From Burkholderiales bacterium (GTDB lineage Bacteria > Pseudomonadota > Gammaproteobacteria > Burkholderiales > Casimicrobiaceae): a DNA stretch of 34,054 nucleotides. This document shows, in pieces, positions 16,054-25,926 of this stretch. Position 1 is the stretch's first letter, and every line of letters begins with the position of its first letter. Position numbers and translations under genes: made by a program. The stretch spans positions 1 to 34,054 of the forward strand of contig JAYTIR010000108.1 in the NCBI GenBank assembly GCA_043731765.1, written 5' to 3'. The notes beneath the pieces were generated by a model. It saw nothing but the letters and a program-made list of their open reading frames with translations. It had not been told where the DNA came from and did not search any database.

Positions 16054-18672
16054 CTAGAGCCGCAGGTCCTCGAACAGCGCGGTCTCCAGCCGCAGCAACG
16101 CCTGCTCGTCGTGCAGCCGTGCGCCATCGATGAGGAATATGTCCTCCGCGCGCTCGCCCAGGGTGTTGATCTTCGCGCTGACCACGTTGATGTTGGCGCG
16201 GGCTAGCGTATAGGCAATTCGCGCCAGCAATCCCGGCCGGTCACCGGCCACGACTTCGAGGATGTAGTGCGTGCCCTTGTCGTCGGGAAAGATCTGCACC
16301 TCGGGCGTGAGCGGGAAATGTTTCAACTGCCGCGAGATGCGGCCTTCGGCGGGGACCACGAGCGGCGCCTGCTCGGCCAGCAGGCGCGACAGTTCGAACT
16401 CGACGAATTGAATCGTGTCGCGGTACGACGCGTTCGGATTCGAAGGATCGAGCACGGCGAAGGTATCGAGCGCGTAGCCCGCACGAGTGGTGTGGATCTT
16501 CGCCTCGAGAATGGACAGGCCCGACCGGCCGAAAAAACCGCAGATCCGCGCGAACAGGTCCTTCTGGTCGGGAAGGTAGACCAGCACCTGCAGGCCGGTG
16601 CCGTCGCGGGCCAGGCGTGCCTTGACCACCGGCGCAGTGCCGGCAACACGCCAGTACAGGTGGCGCGCCTGCCACGCGATTTCCTCTGACGTGTGACGCT
16701 GGAAGTAGGGCGTGTCGAGGTGGCGCCACAACGCCACTTCGGCGCCGTCGGGAACGGCATACAGGCGCAGCAACCGGCGTGCGTCCTCGCGCCGCGCCTC
16801 GATGCTGTCCATGATCGTGCGCGTGGGCGCTTCGCCCGAGAGTGCGGCGCGCGCGCCGTGGTACAGGTCCTCCAGCAGCTTCGCCTTCCATGCATTCCAT
16901 ACCTTCGGGCTCGTGCCGCGGATGTCGGCGACGGTCAGCAGGTACAGCGCAGTCAAGCGACGCTGGGTGCCCACCTTGCGCGCAAATTCGGTGACGACTG
17001 CGGGATCGGTCAGGTCCTGTTTTTGCGCAGTCGAGGACATCGTCAGGTGTTCCCGCACGAGCCAGGCGACCAGCTCGACGTCGTCCGCCGACAGGCCGTG
17101 CTCGCGACAGAACCGCCGGGCGTCACGTGCGCCCAGATCGGAGTGGTTGCCTCCACGGCCCTTCGCGATGTCGTGGAACAGGCCGGCGAGATAGAGCACT
17201 TCGCGCCGTTCGAAATCGGCAATCAACCGTGAACACGTCGGATACTCGTGCGCGTGCTGCGCCTCGGTGAACCGCCGCAGGTTGCGGATCACCATCAGGA
17301 TGTGCTCATCGACCGCGTAAACATGGAACAGGTCGTGCTGCATCTGGCCGACGATGCGCCCGAACACCGGCAGGTACTGCCCGAGGATCCCGAACAGGTT
17401 CATCCGGCGCAGCTCGTGCAGGAGTCCTTTCTCGATGCGGAACATTTCGATGAACCGCGCGCGGTTCGCGGGACTCCGGCGGAACGACGCGTCGATCAGT
17501 CGCCGGTTCCGCCACAACGCGCGCAACGTGCGCGCCGTCATGCCTTTGAGCGCGCGGTGCTTCTGCATCATGAGGAACGCGTCGAGCATCGCGGCGGGAC
17601 GATGCGCGAACAAATCCTCGTCGCGCACGTCGAGCAGCTCGTCCACGGTCTGGAACTCGGCGTCGAACGGCACCGGTGACGCAGCGACGGGGTAGAGCCG
17701 CGCGTGCAGGTTCTGCAGCAGGATGATGTTCACCTGGCGCACCAGTTTGGCCGCCCGGTAATAGCGCTGCATCAGTTGCTCGCTGGCGCGCCGGGCCGGC
17801 GTATCCGTCAGCAGCAGCTGCTTGGCGAGCGCCGCCTGCTGGTCGAACACGAGGCGATCCTCGCGCCGGTCCGAGAGGTAATGCAGGCGCACGCGCATTG
17901 CGCCGATGAAGCGTTCCTGGCGGGAGACCGCGCGTGCTTCGGCGATGGTCATCAGTCCGTGCCGGGCGAGTTCGGCCCAGGTCCGCCCAAGCCCGGCAGC
18001 GCGGCCGATCCAGAGCACGGTCTGCAGGTCGCGCAGGCCCCCGGGACTTTCCTTGACGTTGGGCTCGAGGTTGTAGATCGCGTCATTGCACTTCTGGTGC
18101 CGTTGCTGCTGCTCGAGCGTCTTGGCCGCGAAGAACGCGTGGATGTCGAGTTTTTCCGCGAACATGACGCGGAAATGCCGGGTAAGGCGCCGGGAACCGT
18201 CGAGAAAACGGTTCTCGAGGAGGCTGGTCCGGATCGTGGCGTCGCCGGCCATTTCCGAAGCGCATTGCGCGACGGTGCGCACCGCATGGCCGAGCTCCAC
18301 CCCCAAGTCCCAGAGTGTGGCGAAAAATCGCTCGATCGCAGCGGCCGGAGCTTCGCCGCTTGCGGGCAACAGGATCAGGACGTCGACGTCGGAATGCGGG
18401 AATAGCTGGCCGCGGCCATAGCCACCGACGGCCAATAGCGCCAGCTCCGGCGGCATTTTCGCTTCGCGCCAGACACCGCGCACGACGCGATCGACCAGGC
18501 GCGCATGCTCGCGCAGCAATTTCGGCGTGTCGGGTTGCGCGAAAAATGCGACGCGGATGGCTTCGCGGCCACGCCTCAGTTCGTCGCGCCAGAATGCGAT
18601 TCGCGCCGCCGCTTGCGAAACCTTGGCGACGTCGCTCACGGCCGCGGGGGCAAGCGGTGGCGCGGACGCCAT
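16054..18672 (-). CDS. glnD: [Protein-PII] uridylyltransferase/uridylyl-removing enzyme
   Basis: AVGGYGRG.LFPHSDVD, NLEPNVKESPGGLRD, HD domain LFHDIAKGRGG, two C-terminal ACT domains (DRPGLL, GERAEDIF). Start set at ATG 18672, downstream of the map stop. Confidence 0.95.
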   Translation of the reverse strand: MASAPPLAPAAVSDVAKVSQAAARIAFWRDELRRGREAIRVAFFAQPDTPKLLREHARLVDRVVRGVWREAKMPPELALLAVGGYGRGQLFPHSDVDVLILLPASGEAPAAAIERFFATLWDLGVELGHAVRTVAQCASEMAGDATIRTSLLENRFLDGSRRLTRHFRVMFAEKLDIHAFFAAKTLEQQQRHQKCNDAIYNLEPNVKESPGGLRDLQTVLWIGRAAGLGRTWAELARHGLMTIAEARAVSRQERFIGAMRVRLHYLSDRREDRLVFDQQAALAKQLLLTDTPARRASEQLMQRYYRAAKLVRQVNIILLQNLHARLYPVAASPVPFDAEFQTVDELLDVRDEDLFAHRPAAMLDAFLMMQKHRALKGMTARTLRALWRNRRLIDASFRRSPANRARFIEMFRIEKGLLHELRRMNLFGILGQYLPVFGRIVGQMQHDLFHVYAVDEHILMVIRNLRRFTEAQHAHEYPTCSRLIADFERREVLYLAGLFHDIAKGRGGNHSDLGARDARRFCREHGLSADDVELVAWLVREHLTMSSTAQKQDLTDPAVVTEFARKVGTQRRLTALYLLTVADIRGTSPKVWNAWKAKLLEDLYHGARAALSGEAPTRTIMDSIEARREDARRLLRLYAVPDGAEVALWRHLDTPYFQRHTSEEIAWQARHLYWRVAGTAPVVKARLARDGTGLQVLVYLPDQKDLFARICGFFGRSGLSILEAKIHTTRAGYALDTFAVLDPSNPNASYRDTIQFVEFELSRLLAEQAPLVVPAEGRISRQLKHFPLTPEVQIFPDDKGTHYILEVVAGDRPGLLARIAYTLARANINVVSAKINTLGERAEDIFLIDGARLHDEQALLRLETALFEDLRL

Positions 18673-18683
18673 GGCTGCACGAG

Positions 18684-19481
18684 TTACGCCGTGGGCGGCG
18701 GCGGAGGAGCGCCGGCGGAGGTCGTCAGCACGTCGACGCCGGCATCGGTCACGAGGACCGTGTGCTCCCATTGCGCGGAGAGCGAATGATCCGCGGTGAC
18801 AATCGTCCAGCCATCGGCAAGACAGCGGATGCCCGGCCTGCCGGCGTTGATCATCGGCTCGACGGTGAAGATCATCCCCGGCTGCAGCTTGAGTCCCGTG
18901 CCGGCGCGGCCGTAGTGCAGCACTTGCGGATCCTCGTGGAATTGCGTGCCGATGCCGTGGCCGCAGAACTCGCGCACCACCGAGAAGCCATGGCCTTCGG
19001 CGAACTTCTGGATCGTGGCGCCAATGTCGCCCAGGTGCCCGCCGGGGCGCACTGCGCGAATGCCGCGCCACATCGCCTCGTAGGTGACTTCGGCCAGGCG
19101 CTTGGCCTGGATGGAGGGCTTTCCGACATAGAACATCCGGCTGGTGTCCCCGTGGTATCCGTCCTTGATCACGGTGACGTCGATGTTGACGATGTCACCG
19201 TCCTTCAGTTTCTTGTCGCCGGGAATGCCGTGGCACACGACGTGATTCACCGACGTGCACAGCGACGCGGGATAGGGCGTATGGCCGGGCGGCGCGTAGT
19301 TGAGCGTGGCCGGGACTGTTCCCTGCTTGTTGACCATGTAGTCGTGCGCGAGGTCGTTGATCGTGCCCGTCGTCACGCCGGACGCGACATGCGGCGTCAG
19401 GTAATCGAGGAGTTCCGAGGCGAGGCGCCCGGCCATGCGCATGCCTTCGATGTCGGCAGAGGATTTGAGGCTGACGGACAT
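18684..19481 (-). CDS. map: Type I methionine aminopeptidase
   Basis: CTSVNHVVCHGIP, NIDVTVIKDGYHGDTSRMF, CGHGIG..FHE, FTVEPMIN, SAQWEHT. Confidence 0.97.
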   Translation of the reverse strand: MSVSLKSSADIEGMRMAGRLASELLDYLTPHVASGVTTGTINDLAHDYMVNKQGTVPATLNYAPPGHTPYPASLCTSVNHVVCHGIPGDKKLKDGDIVNIDVTVIKDGYHGDTSRMFYVGKPSIQAKRLAEVTYEAMWRGIRAVRPGGHLGDIGATIQKFAEGHGFSVVREFCGHGIGTQFHEDPQVLHYGRAGTGLKLQPGMIFTVEPMINAGRPGIRCLADGWTIVTADHSLSAQWEHTVLVTDAGVDVLTTSAGAPPPPPTA

Positions 19482-19507
19482 GGTCTTTGGTTTTCGATGA
19501 AGTCAAC

Positions 19508-20353
19508 TTAGGCGCGGAGCAGTTCGTTGATGCTGGTCTTCGAACGCGTTTTCGCGTCCACCTGTTTGACGATCACCGCGCAATAGAGCGCACAGCCGCC
19601 TTCGCCGGAAGGCAGGCTGCCCGCGACGACGACCGAGCCCGCCGGCACGCGACCGTAACTCACCTCGCGTGTCGCGCGATTGTAGATCTTGGTGCTCTGG
19701 CTGATGAACACGCCCATGCCCAGCACCAAATTCTCCTCGACGATCACGCCTTCGACCACTTCCGAGCGTGCACCGATGAAGCAATTGTCCTCGATGATCG
19801 TCGGATTCGCCTGCAGAGGTTCAAGCACCCCGCCGATTCCAACACCGCCCGACAAGTGGACGTTCTTTCCGATTTGCGCGCAGGAGCCGACGGTCACCCA
19901 GGTGTCGACCATCGCGCCCACGTCCACGTAGGCGCCGATGTTCACGAAGGAGGGCATCAGCACGACATTTTTCGCGATGAACGCGCCGCGCCGCGCAACC
20001 GCCAGCGGCACCACGCGGAACCCGCCCGCGGCGAAATCGGCCTCGGTGTAGTCCTCGAACTTGGTCGGCACCTTGTCGTAGAACTGCGGAAATCGCGCAT
20101 CGCCTTGCGCAGTTTCTGGTGACGAACGAATCATCCGGTTGTCGTGCAGGCGGAACGACAACAGGACCGCTTTCTTGAGCCACTGGTGGGTGATCCATTG
20201 TCCGTCAACTTTTTCGGCGACGCGTACGCGACCGGCATCGAGTTCCGCAATGGCGTGCGTCACCGCTTCGCGCACTTCGGCGGTGGCGTTGGAGGGCGAA
20301 AGCTCGGCGCGCCGCTCCCAGGCGGCATCTATCGTTTCGGGCAACCGACCCAC
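19508..20353 (-). CDS. dapD: Tetrahydrodipicolinate N-succinyltransferase
   Basis: [51 protein letters not shown]; GTG start; TAAAAT at 20377-20382 (-). Confidence 0.96.
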   Translation of the reverse strand: MGRLPETIDAAWERRAELSPSNATAEVREAVTHAIAELDAGRVRVAEKVDGQWITHQWLKKAVLLSFRLHDNRMIRSSPETAQGDARFPQFYDKVPTKFEDYTEADFAAGGFRVVPLAVARRGAFIAKNVVLMPSFVNIGAYVDVGAMVDTWVTVGSCAQIGKNVHLSGGVGIGGVLEPLQANPTIIEDNCFIGARSEVVEGVIVEENLVLGMGVFISQSTKIYNRATREVSYGRVPAGSVVVAGSLPSGEGGCALYCAVIVKQVDAKTRSKTSINELLRA

Positions 20354-20409
20354 GGGAAATCCCTGGAAAAGCGACTATTTTACCGCGACTTGGCCGGATT
20401 CCCGGATTC

Positions 20410-20437
20410 GCGTGACCTCATTTGCGTAACCTCAGTT
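20410..20437. repeat. Imperfect 14-bp direct repeat, two copies
   Basis: GCGTGACCTCATTT GCGTAACCTCAGTT (12 of 14 identical) between the LytTR stop and the dapD promoter. Confidence 0.7.
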
Positions 20438-20445
20438 GGGCAAGG

Positions 20446-21186
20446 TCACATGGCCTTGAAGCGGTGCGCGAAGGTCCGCGAGACGGTCAGTTTCTCGCTC
20501 CGGTCGTGCAGCAGGATGATCGGCTGGTCGCGCCAGTCGCGCTCGATTCTGGCGATGGCGCGCAGGTTGACGATCGTCGCGCGATGAATCTGCCAGAACG
20601 CTTCCGGATCCAGCTCATCGAAGAGTTCCTTGATCGGCTTCTTGATGTACGCGTCGCCCGCCGCCGTAACGACCTTGGTGTATTTGTCCTCGGCCTGGAA
20701 ATACAGCACGTCGTCCGTGGCGATCAGCTTCATCGTGGTGCCCACGGAGGCGCGGATCCACTTGAGATGGTCGTTGCCCTCGCGCGCCGCCAGCTGGGCA
20801 AGCACCGCGGAGAGGTCGAGGGGCGCGCTGGCGAGCCGCGACTTCAGACGCGCGACGACCTTTGCAATGCGTTCCGGAGAGACGGGCTTCAGGATGTAGT
20901 CGACCGCGCCTTCGTCGAACGCGGTGACGGCGTATTCGTCATAGGCCGTCACGAACACGGCATGGCAGCGTCCGTCCAGCGCGTGCGCGACTTCGATTCC
21001 GGACTTGACCGGCATGCGGATGTCGAGAAAGACGATGTCCGGCCGATGCGCCTCGACCATCGCCAGCGCATCGGCGCCATTGGCGGCCTCCGCGATCACG
21101 GCGAGTTCGGGCCAGGCTTCCGCAAGCCGCGCTTTCAACTGCGCGCGCAGCATCGACTCGTCGTCGGCAATCAGCGCGGTAGGCAT
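20446..21186 (-). CDS. LytTR-family response regulator
   Basis: Receiver IADDE, FLDIRMP, FVTAYD, DYILKP; LytTR domain YFQAEDKYT, FWQIHRATIVN, LTVSR. Confidence 0.95.
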   Translation of the reverse strand: MPTALIADDESMLRAQLKARLAEAWPELAVIAEAANGADALAMVEAHRPDIVFLDIRMPVKSGIEVAHALDGRCHAVFVTAYDEYAVTAFDEGAVDYILKPVSPERIAKVVARLKSRLASAPLDLSAVLAQLAAREGNDHLKWIRASVGTTMKLIATDDVLYFQAEDKYTKVVTAAGDAYIKKPIKELFDELDPEAFWQIHRATIVNLRAIARIERDWRDQPIILLHDRSEKLTVSRTFAHRFKAM

Positions 21187-21197
21187 GGCGGCAAGAG

Positions 21198-22295
21198 TCA
21201 GGATTCGAACGGGATTGACAGCGTGGCCCGCGAGCCGTGCGGCGGTTCCTCCTCGAGCGTAAACCGCCCATGTGTTCCATACAATGCCGCCAGCCTTTCG
21301 CGCACGTTGGTGAGACCCACGCCATTGCCCGGCTGGTCGGGCGCCGCCGCGGCGCTGCCGCGACCGGTGTCGACCACGCTCACCATGACCTCATCGCCCT
21401 CGCGGTGCGCAACGACGCGGATCGTGCCACCGGCGGCAGCCGGTTCCAGGCCATGCTTGATGGCGTTCTCGACCAGCGAGATCAGCAGGTTGGGTGGAAA
21501 CGGATGCTGCGCCAGATCGGCCGGCACGTCGATGGTGAAGGCCAGGCGCGCCCCCATCCGCATCTGCAGGATGTTGAGATAGGCGGCCGCAAGGCCGACT
21601 TCCTTGCCCAGAGTCGTCGAACTCGCGCGCAGTTGCGGCAGCGCCGCGCGAAGATAGTCGATGAGGTGTGAGAGAAGTTTGCCGGCCTCGCGCGGATCCG
21701 TTTCGGTGAGGTATTGGACGGAGGCGAGCGTGTTGAACAGGAAATGCGGCTCGACCTGCGCCTGCATGAGCTTCAATTCGGCCTCGACGGCATGCTTCGA
21801 CATCAGGTGGCGTTCGGCTTCGGCCCGGTGCAATGCGGCGGCGGCATGCGCCTCACGGAACTTGAACAGGAAAATGAAGCTCACGCACATGCCCATGATG
21901 AAGGCCGAAAACGCCGTCCCGACAAAAGTGCCCGGGTGCAGGCGAACGTATCCGACGCTGTAGTTTTCCGCCCCGATGACGTAGCCCTTGATGGCGATGA
22001 CGAGCAGGACGCCCACGACGGTGCCGACGGCCACCGCTGCGGTCAATCGCCAGACCGGGTGGCGCTTGCCCCACGGCTCCGCGGTGTTGACTGCGTAGGC
22101 GATCAACAGGCCGATGGTCTGCGCGGAGATGAAGGGATGCCAGAATGGCCGCGAATCTTCGATGGACAGGAGCGCTGCGACGCCGGTGTTGATCGCAACC
22201 AGCAGCAACACGGTCAGCCAGGAGGCGTGAAAACCACGGGCAAGCGCGGCCAGCGGCCCCGGTGATGGGACAGGAGTTTCGATGATCGTAGCCAT
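21198..22295 (-). CDS. LytS/YehU-type membrane sensor histidine kinase
   Basis: Several N-terminal TMs; H-box LMQAQVEPHFLFNTL; LVENAIKHG, DTGRG, GVGLTNVRERL. Confidence 0.93.
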   Translation of the reverse strand: MATIIETPVPSPGPLAALARGFHASWLTVLLLVAINTGVAALLSIEDSRPFWHPFISAQTIGLLIAYAVNTAEPWGKRHPVWRLTAAVAVGTVVGVLLVIAIKGYVIGAENYSVGYVRLHPGTFVGTAFSAFIMGMCVSFIFLFKFREAHAAAALHRAEAERHLMSKHAVEAELKLMQAQVEPHFLFNTLASVQYLTETDPREAGKLLSHLIDYLRAALPQLRASSTTLGKEVGLAAAYLNILQMRMGARLAFTIDVPADLAQHPFPPNLLISLVENAIKHGLEPAAAGGTIRVVAHREGDEVMVSVVDTGRGSAAAAPDQPGNGVGLTNVRERLAALYGTHGRFTLEEEPPHGSRATLSIPFES

Positions 22296-22301
22296 TGCGC
22301 A

Positions 22302-22383
22302 ATTCTATTGCTGCATCCGCTGCCGCAAACCCCTGTCCGACAGAACGTTACGGAACGGGATAAAGCGTTCGGCAGGTGAGCGG
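22302..22383 (-). promoter_or_regulatory. Kinase promoter: TAGAAT 6 nt before ATG, plus candidate LytTR boxes
   Basis: TAGAAT at 22302-22307 (-); minus-strand CCGCTC (22378-22383), ACGCTT (22363-22368), CCGTTC (22353-22358), ACGTTC (22343-22348). Confidence 0.4.
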
Positions 22384-22388
22384 AAGGT

Positions 22389-23582
22389 TCACAGCCGTCG
22401 CGTGAAAGCCACGATCCGGCCGATGGCCTCCGCGCATTCGGCCTTGGGCGCGACCAGGGCGAGCCGGACCCGGTCTTGTCCCGGGTTCAGGCCATGTGCC
22501 TCGCGGGCGATGAAACTTCCGGGAACGACCGACACATTCTCCTCGGCCAACAAACGTTGGGCAAACAGCGTGTCGTCAACAGGTGTCGTGGCCCAGAGGT
22601 AGAACGCGGCATCCGGCATGGCGCAGGGCAGCCACGGGGCCATTACGGGTTGCAACGTGGAGAATTTGACCGCGTATTCGGCGCGATTGGCAATGACATG
22701 CGCTTCGTCGTTCCACGCCGCGATGCTGGCGGTTGCAACGGCCGGCGACATGGCCGCTCCATGATAGGTGCGATAAAGCAAAAACGCCTTCATGAGCGCC
22801 GCGTCTCCGGCCACGTAGCCTGAGCGCAGGCCGGGCGCGTTGGATCGCTTCGACAGGCTTCCGAATACGGCCAGCCGCGGATAACCGTCGCGCCCAAGCG
22901 CATGCGCCGCGGCGAGCGCACCAAGCGGCGGCCGCGCTTCGTCGAAATATATCTCCGAGTAGCATTCGTCGGAAGCAATCACGAAACCGTATCGATCAGA
23001 CAGCGCAAACAACTCGCGCCATTCGTCGAGACCGAAGACGCGGCCGGTCGGATTGTCCGGCGAGCAGACATAGAGGAGTTGCGTGCGCCGCCATACGTCG
23101 GCCGGAACACCGCGCCAGTCGTGCGCGAATGACGCGGCGGGGTCCGCATTGACGCACCAGACGGTGGCGCCGGCAAGCAGCGCCGCGCCTTCGTAAATCT
23201 GGTAGAACGGATTGGGAACGACCACGGTGGCGTTGGCGCGAGTGTCGTCGATGATGGCCTGCGCAAAGGCGAATAGCGCCTCGCGGCTCCCCAGGACCGG
23301 CAAGACCTGCGTCGCCGGATCAAGAGTTGGTATTGCATGGCGGCGCGCGAGCCAGCCGGCAATGGCTTCGCGCAGGACGGGCGAGCCGGCGGTCATGGGA
23401 TAATTGGCAAGGCCCGCGCCGCCGGCAGCCAGGGCATCGAGCACCAGGCGCGGGGTCGGATGTTTTGGTTCGCCGATCGACAGGCTGATCGCGCGCTTCG
23501 CGGGATCGGGCGTTACAAGAGCGAACAGCGCACGCAGGCGTTCGAACGGATAGGGTTGCAACAGCGATAGACGGGGATTCAC
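22389..23582 (-). CDS. dapC: N-succinyldiaminopimelate aminotransferase
   Basis: GTG start giving MNPRLSLLQPYPFERL; LSIGEPKH, GSREALF, PNPFYQIYEGA, SDECYSEIY, PLP lysine SLSKRSN.PGLRSG, LYRTYHG. TATAAT at 23610-23615 (-). Confidence 0.95.
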   Translation of the reverse strand: MNPRLSLLQPYPFERLRALFALVTPDPAKRAISLSIGEPKHPTPRLVLDALAAGGAGLANYPMTAGSPVLREAIAGWLARRHAIPTLDPATQVLPVLGSREALFAFAQAIIDDTRANATVVVPNPFYQIYEGAALLAGATVWCVNADPAASFAHDWRGVPADVWRRTQLLYVCSPDNPTGRVFGLDEWRELFALSDRYGFVIASDECYSEIYFDEARPPLGALAAAHALGRDGYPRLAVFGSLSKRSNAPGLRSGYVAGDAALMKAFLLYRTYHGAAMSPAVATASIAAWNDEAHVIANRAEYAVKFSTLQPVMAPWLPCAMPDAAFYLWATTPVDDTLFAQRLLAEENVSVVPGSFIAREAHGLNPGQDRVRLALVAPKAECAEAIGRIVAFTRRL

Positions 23583-23643
23583 GCGGAGGATCCGTGCGGG
23601 AGACCAACGATTATAGCGGCGTGCCACGGCGCATTTCGGTCGC

Positions 23644-24483
23644 ATGAGCCCGGTCGCCACGGCATCGCCCTGGGGTTCCCGCGCGCTCGCGGTCTTCGCC
23701 GCTTTGGCGATTGTTGCGGCTGCCGGGCTGCTGGCCTGCGTGCTCGCCTGGTGGGGATGGCGCTGGCTCGGACCTGCCACGACCGACTTCGTGCCCGCCG
23801 GACCGCAAGACCCGGCGCTGGCGCTGCAGGCGTCTGGATTGTTCGCGGCACCCACCGGAACGCCGTCCGCGATTGAAGCGCCGACGCGTACTGCAACCGG
23901 CGAAATGCGGCTGCTTGGCGTTCTCGCCGAAGACGGCGGCAAGGGCTATGCATTGTTCCGCTTGCCGGCAGGCCCGAAGCTCGTTGCGGCGGGACAGGCC
24001 ATTGCGGACGGGGTAACGCTGGTGTCGATTCAACGCGAAGGTGTCACTGTGAGGGACGCCGGCGGCGAACGCCGAATCTTCCTGCGCGAAGCCGCGGTGG
24101 CGCCCGCGGCAAAGTCGGTCGCCAAAGCCGCGGTGGGAAAAAATGCTGCGTGCACGCCGCCGCCCGGATTCAAGGGAGACATCCTGCGCTTGAACGCGGA
24201 ACTCGTCGGGGGCATCGTCGCGCAACCCGACACCTGGGCCGCGCTGGCGACAACGGATCGCGGCGCACTGACCGTACGCGATGAGAGCGGCTTTTCCGCG
24301 ATGCTCGCGATGAAAAAAGGCGACCGCATCGAGCAGGCCAATGGAATCGCATTGCGGGCACCGGACGACGTCGTCAACGCCGTGCTGCGTCCGTTGGCCG
24401 CGGGGCAGGCCGTGCGGCTCGTCGGTTCGCGTGGCGGCGTGCCGCGTGAATGGTTGCTCCAGAATGCGGGGACGTGTCCTTAG
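23644..24483 (+). CDS. GspC-like protein (TM, T2SS-C HR domain, PDZ-like domain), orphan
   Basis: Single TM ending LAWWGWRW; LF motif; HR-like MRLLGVL...GYALF...VAAGQAI.DGVTL..I....V.V...G.ERRI.L; PDZ-like MKKGDRIEQANGI.L...V.R.G. Confidence 0.65.
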   Translation: MSPVATASPWGSRALAVFAALAIVAAAGLLACVLAWWGWRWLGPATTDFVPAGPQDPALALQASGLFAAPTGTPSAIEAPTRTATGEMRLLGVLAEDGGKGYALFRLPAGPKLVAAGQAIADGVTLVSIQREGVTVRDAGGERRIFLREAAVAPAAKSVAKAAVGKNAACTPPPGFKGDILRLNAELVGGIVAQPDTWAALATTDRGALTVRDESGFSAMLAMKKGDRIEQANGIALRAPDDVVNAVLRPLAAGQAVRLVGSRGGVPREWLLQNAGTCP

Positions 24484-25184
24484 CGAGGACGGGCGGGCGG
24501 AAGCCAGTTCAGCAAGGCGAGCGGATCGGCAATCCATCCGGTTGCGGGCCACGAATCGCTGGCGTCGCCATCGCCGATATATCCATACTCCGCGACGATC
24601 GTCGCCATGCCGGCGGCATTGCCCGCAACGATGTCGCGCAAATCGTCGCCTACGTACACGCACCGCGAGGGCGGAACCCGAAGTCCGCTGGCAGCATGCA
24701 GCAATGGCGCGGGATGTGGTTTTGGATGCGGCGTCGTGTCGCCGGACACGACCGCGGATGCACGTTGCGCAAGGGCCAGCGCATGCACCACCGGTCCGGT
24801 GAAGCGCGAAAATTTGTTCGTGACGATGCCCCACTTGAGGCCGCGCTGCTCAATGGCGTCGAGCAATTCGGCCACTCCGGCGAAAAGCACCGTGGTTTCC
24901 GCGAGGCACGTTTCGTAATGGTCGAGAAAGGCTTCGCGCAGTTCCGCGTATTCGGGCGCCTCCGGCGTGATGCCCATCCCGGCGCCGAGCAGGCCGCGAG
25001 CGCCGGAGGACGCATGTGCGCGAAGGCTGGCCATTGGCACAGGAGACAGACCGCGTTCCGCGCGCACGCGATTCAGCGCGCCCGACAGGTCGCCTGCGGT
25101 GTCGGCGAGCGTGCCGTCCAGATCGAACAGCACCGCGTCGACTGGCAGCGGGCGCGCCGAGGGGCGCGCGGCGTCAGCCGGCAT
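24480..25184 (-). CDS. HAD-IA phosphatase (Gph/MupP-like)
   Basis: [25 protein letters not shown]; located after ubiG, the position of gph/mupP in other proteobacteria. Confidence 0.88.
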   Translation of the reverse strand: MPADAARPSARPLPVDAVLFDLDGTLADTAGDLSGALNRVRAERGLSPVPMASLRAHASSGARGLLGAGMGITPEAPEYAELREAFLDHYETCLAETTVLFAGVAELLDAIEQRGLKWGIVTNKFSRFTGPVVHALALAQRASAVVSGDTTPHPKPHPAPLLHAASGLRVPPSRCVYVGDDLRDIVAGNAAGMATIVAEYGYIGDGDASDSWPATGWIADPLALLNWLPPARPR

Positions 25185-25923
25185 GTCGCGCGCCGGAATC
25201 GGGTTTGCGGTAAGCGGCGAGGTAGTTGACCGACGTATCCGGTTCGAGGCGGTACACCTTGGTGAGCGGGTTGTACGTCATGCCGATCAGATCGGTCAGA
25301 TCGAGTCCCGACCGGCGCGCAAATGTCGCGAGTTCCGCCGGCCGCAGGAACTTGGCCCAATCGTGCGTTCCCCTGGGCAGCAGGTTCAGCAGATATTCCG
25401 CGCCGACGATGGCTAACAGGTAGGACTTCGGATTGCGATTAAGCGTCGAGAAAACGACCGTGCCACCCGGGACCACCAGCGCTGCGCATGCCGCAACGAT
25501 CGAACCAGGATCGGGCACGTGCTCCAGCATTTCCAAGCACGTCACCACGTCGAAAGTGCCGGGCGACTCCGCCGCAAGCGCTTCGGCCGCCACCAGCCGG
25601 TAATCGACGGCCACGCCCGTCTCGAGCCGATGCAATTTCGCCACGCCCAGCGCCTTTTCCCCGAGATCGATGCCTGTCACCTGCGCGCCGCGCTGCGCAA
25701 GTGCCTCGGCCAGGATGCCGCCGCCGCACCCGACGTCCAGCACGCGTTTGCCTTCGATCCCGCCTGCCACGGCCTCGATCCATTCCACGCGCAGTGGATT
25801 GATGTCGTGCAGCGGCTTGAACTCGCTTTCAGGATCCCACCAGCGGTGCGCCAGTGCCGAAAACTTGGCAAGCTCGGCCGGATCGACGTTGCTCGCGGCG
25901 TGCGATGCGGAATGGGAGGTCAT
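25174..25923 (-). CDS. ubiG: Ubiquinone biosynthesis O-methyltransferase
   Basis: [56 protein letters not shown]. Confidence 0.97.
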   Translation of the reverse strand: MTSHSASHAASNVDPAELAKFSALAHRWWDPESEFKPLHDINPLRVEWIEAVAGGIEGKRVLDVGCGGGILAEALAQRGAQVTGIDLGEKALGVAKLHRLETGVAVDYRLVAAEALAAESPGTFDVVTCLEMLEHVPDPGSIVAACAALVVPGGTVVFSTLNRNPKSYLLAIVGAEYLLNLLPRGTHDWAKFLRPAELATFARRSGLDLTDLIGMTYNPLTKVYRLEPDTSVNYLAAYRKPDSGARHAG

Positions 25924-25926
25924 GGT

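Noticed and set aside
18673-19071. 133-aa N-terminal extension of GlnD in the ORF track
   Set aside because: Overlaps map in another frame; GlnD similarity begins only after the map stop.
23583-23942. 120-aa N-terminal extension of DapC
   Set aside because: Antisense to the GspC-like gene; the conserved DapC start MNPRL..LQPYPFE is at GTG 23582, with a TATAAT just upstream.
13382-24483. PilU-like and GspC-like genes as one novel secretion or pilus system
   Set aside because: They are about 9 kb apart, separated by housekeeping genes, with no pilin, secretin, platform protein or prepilin peptidase in the window.
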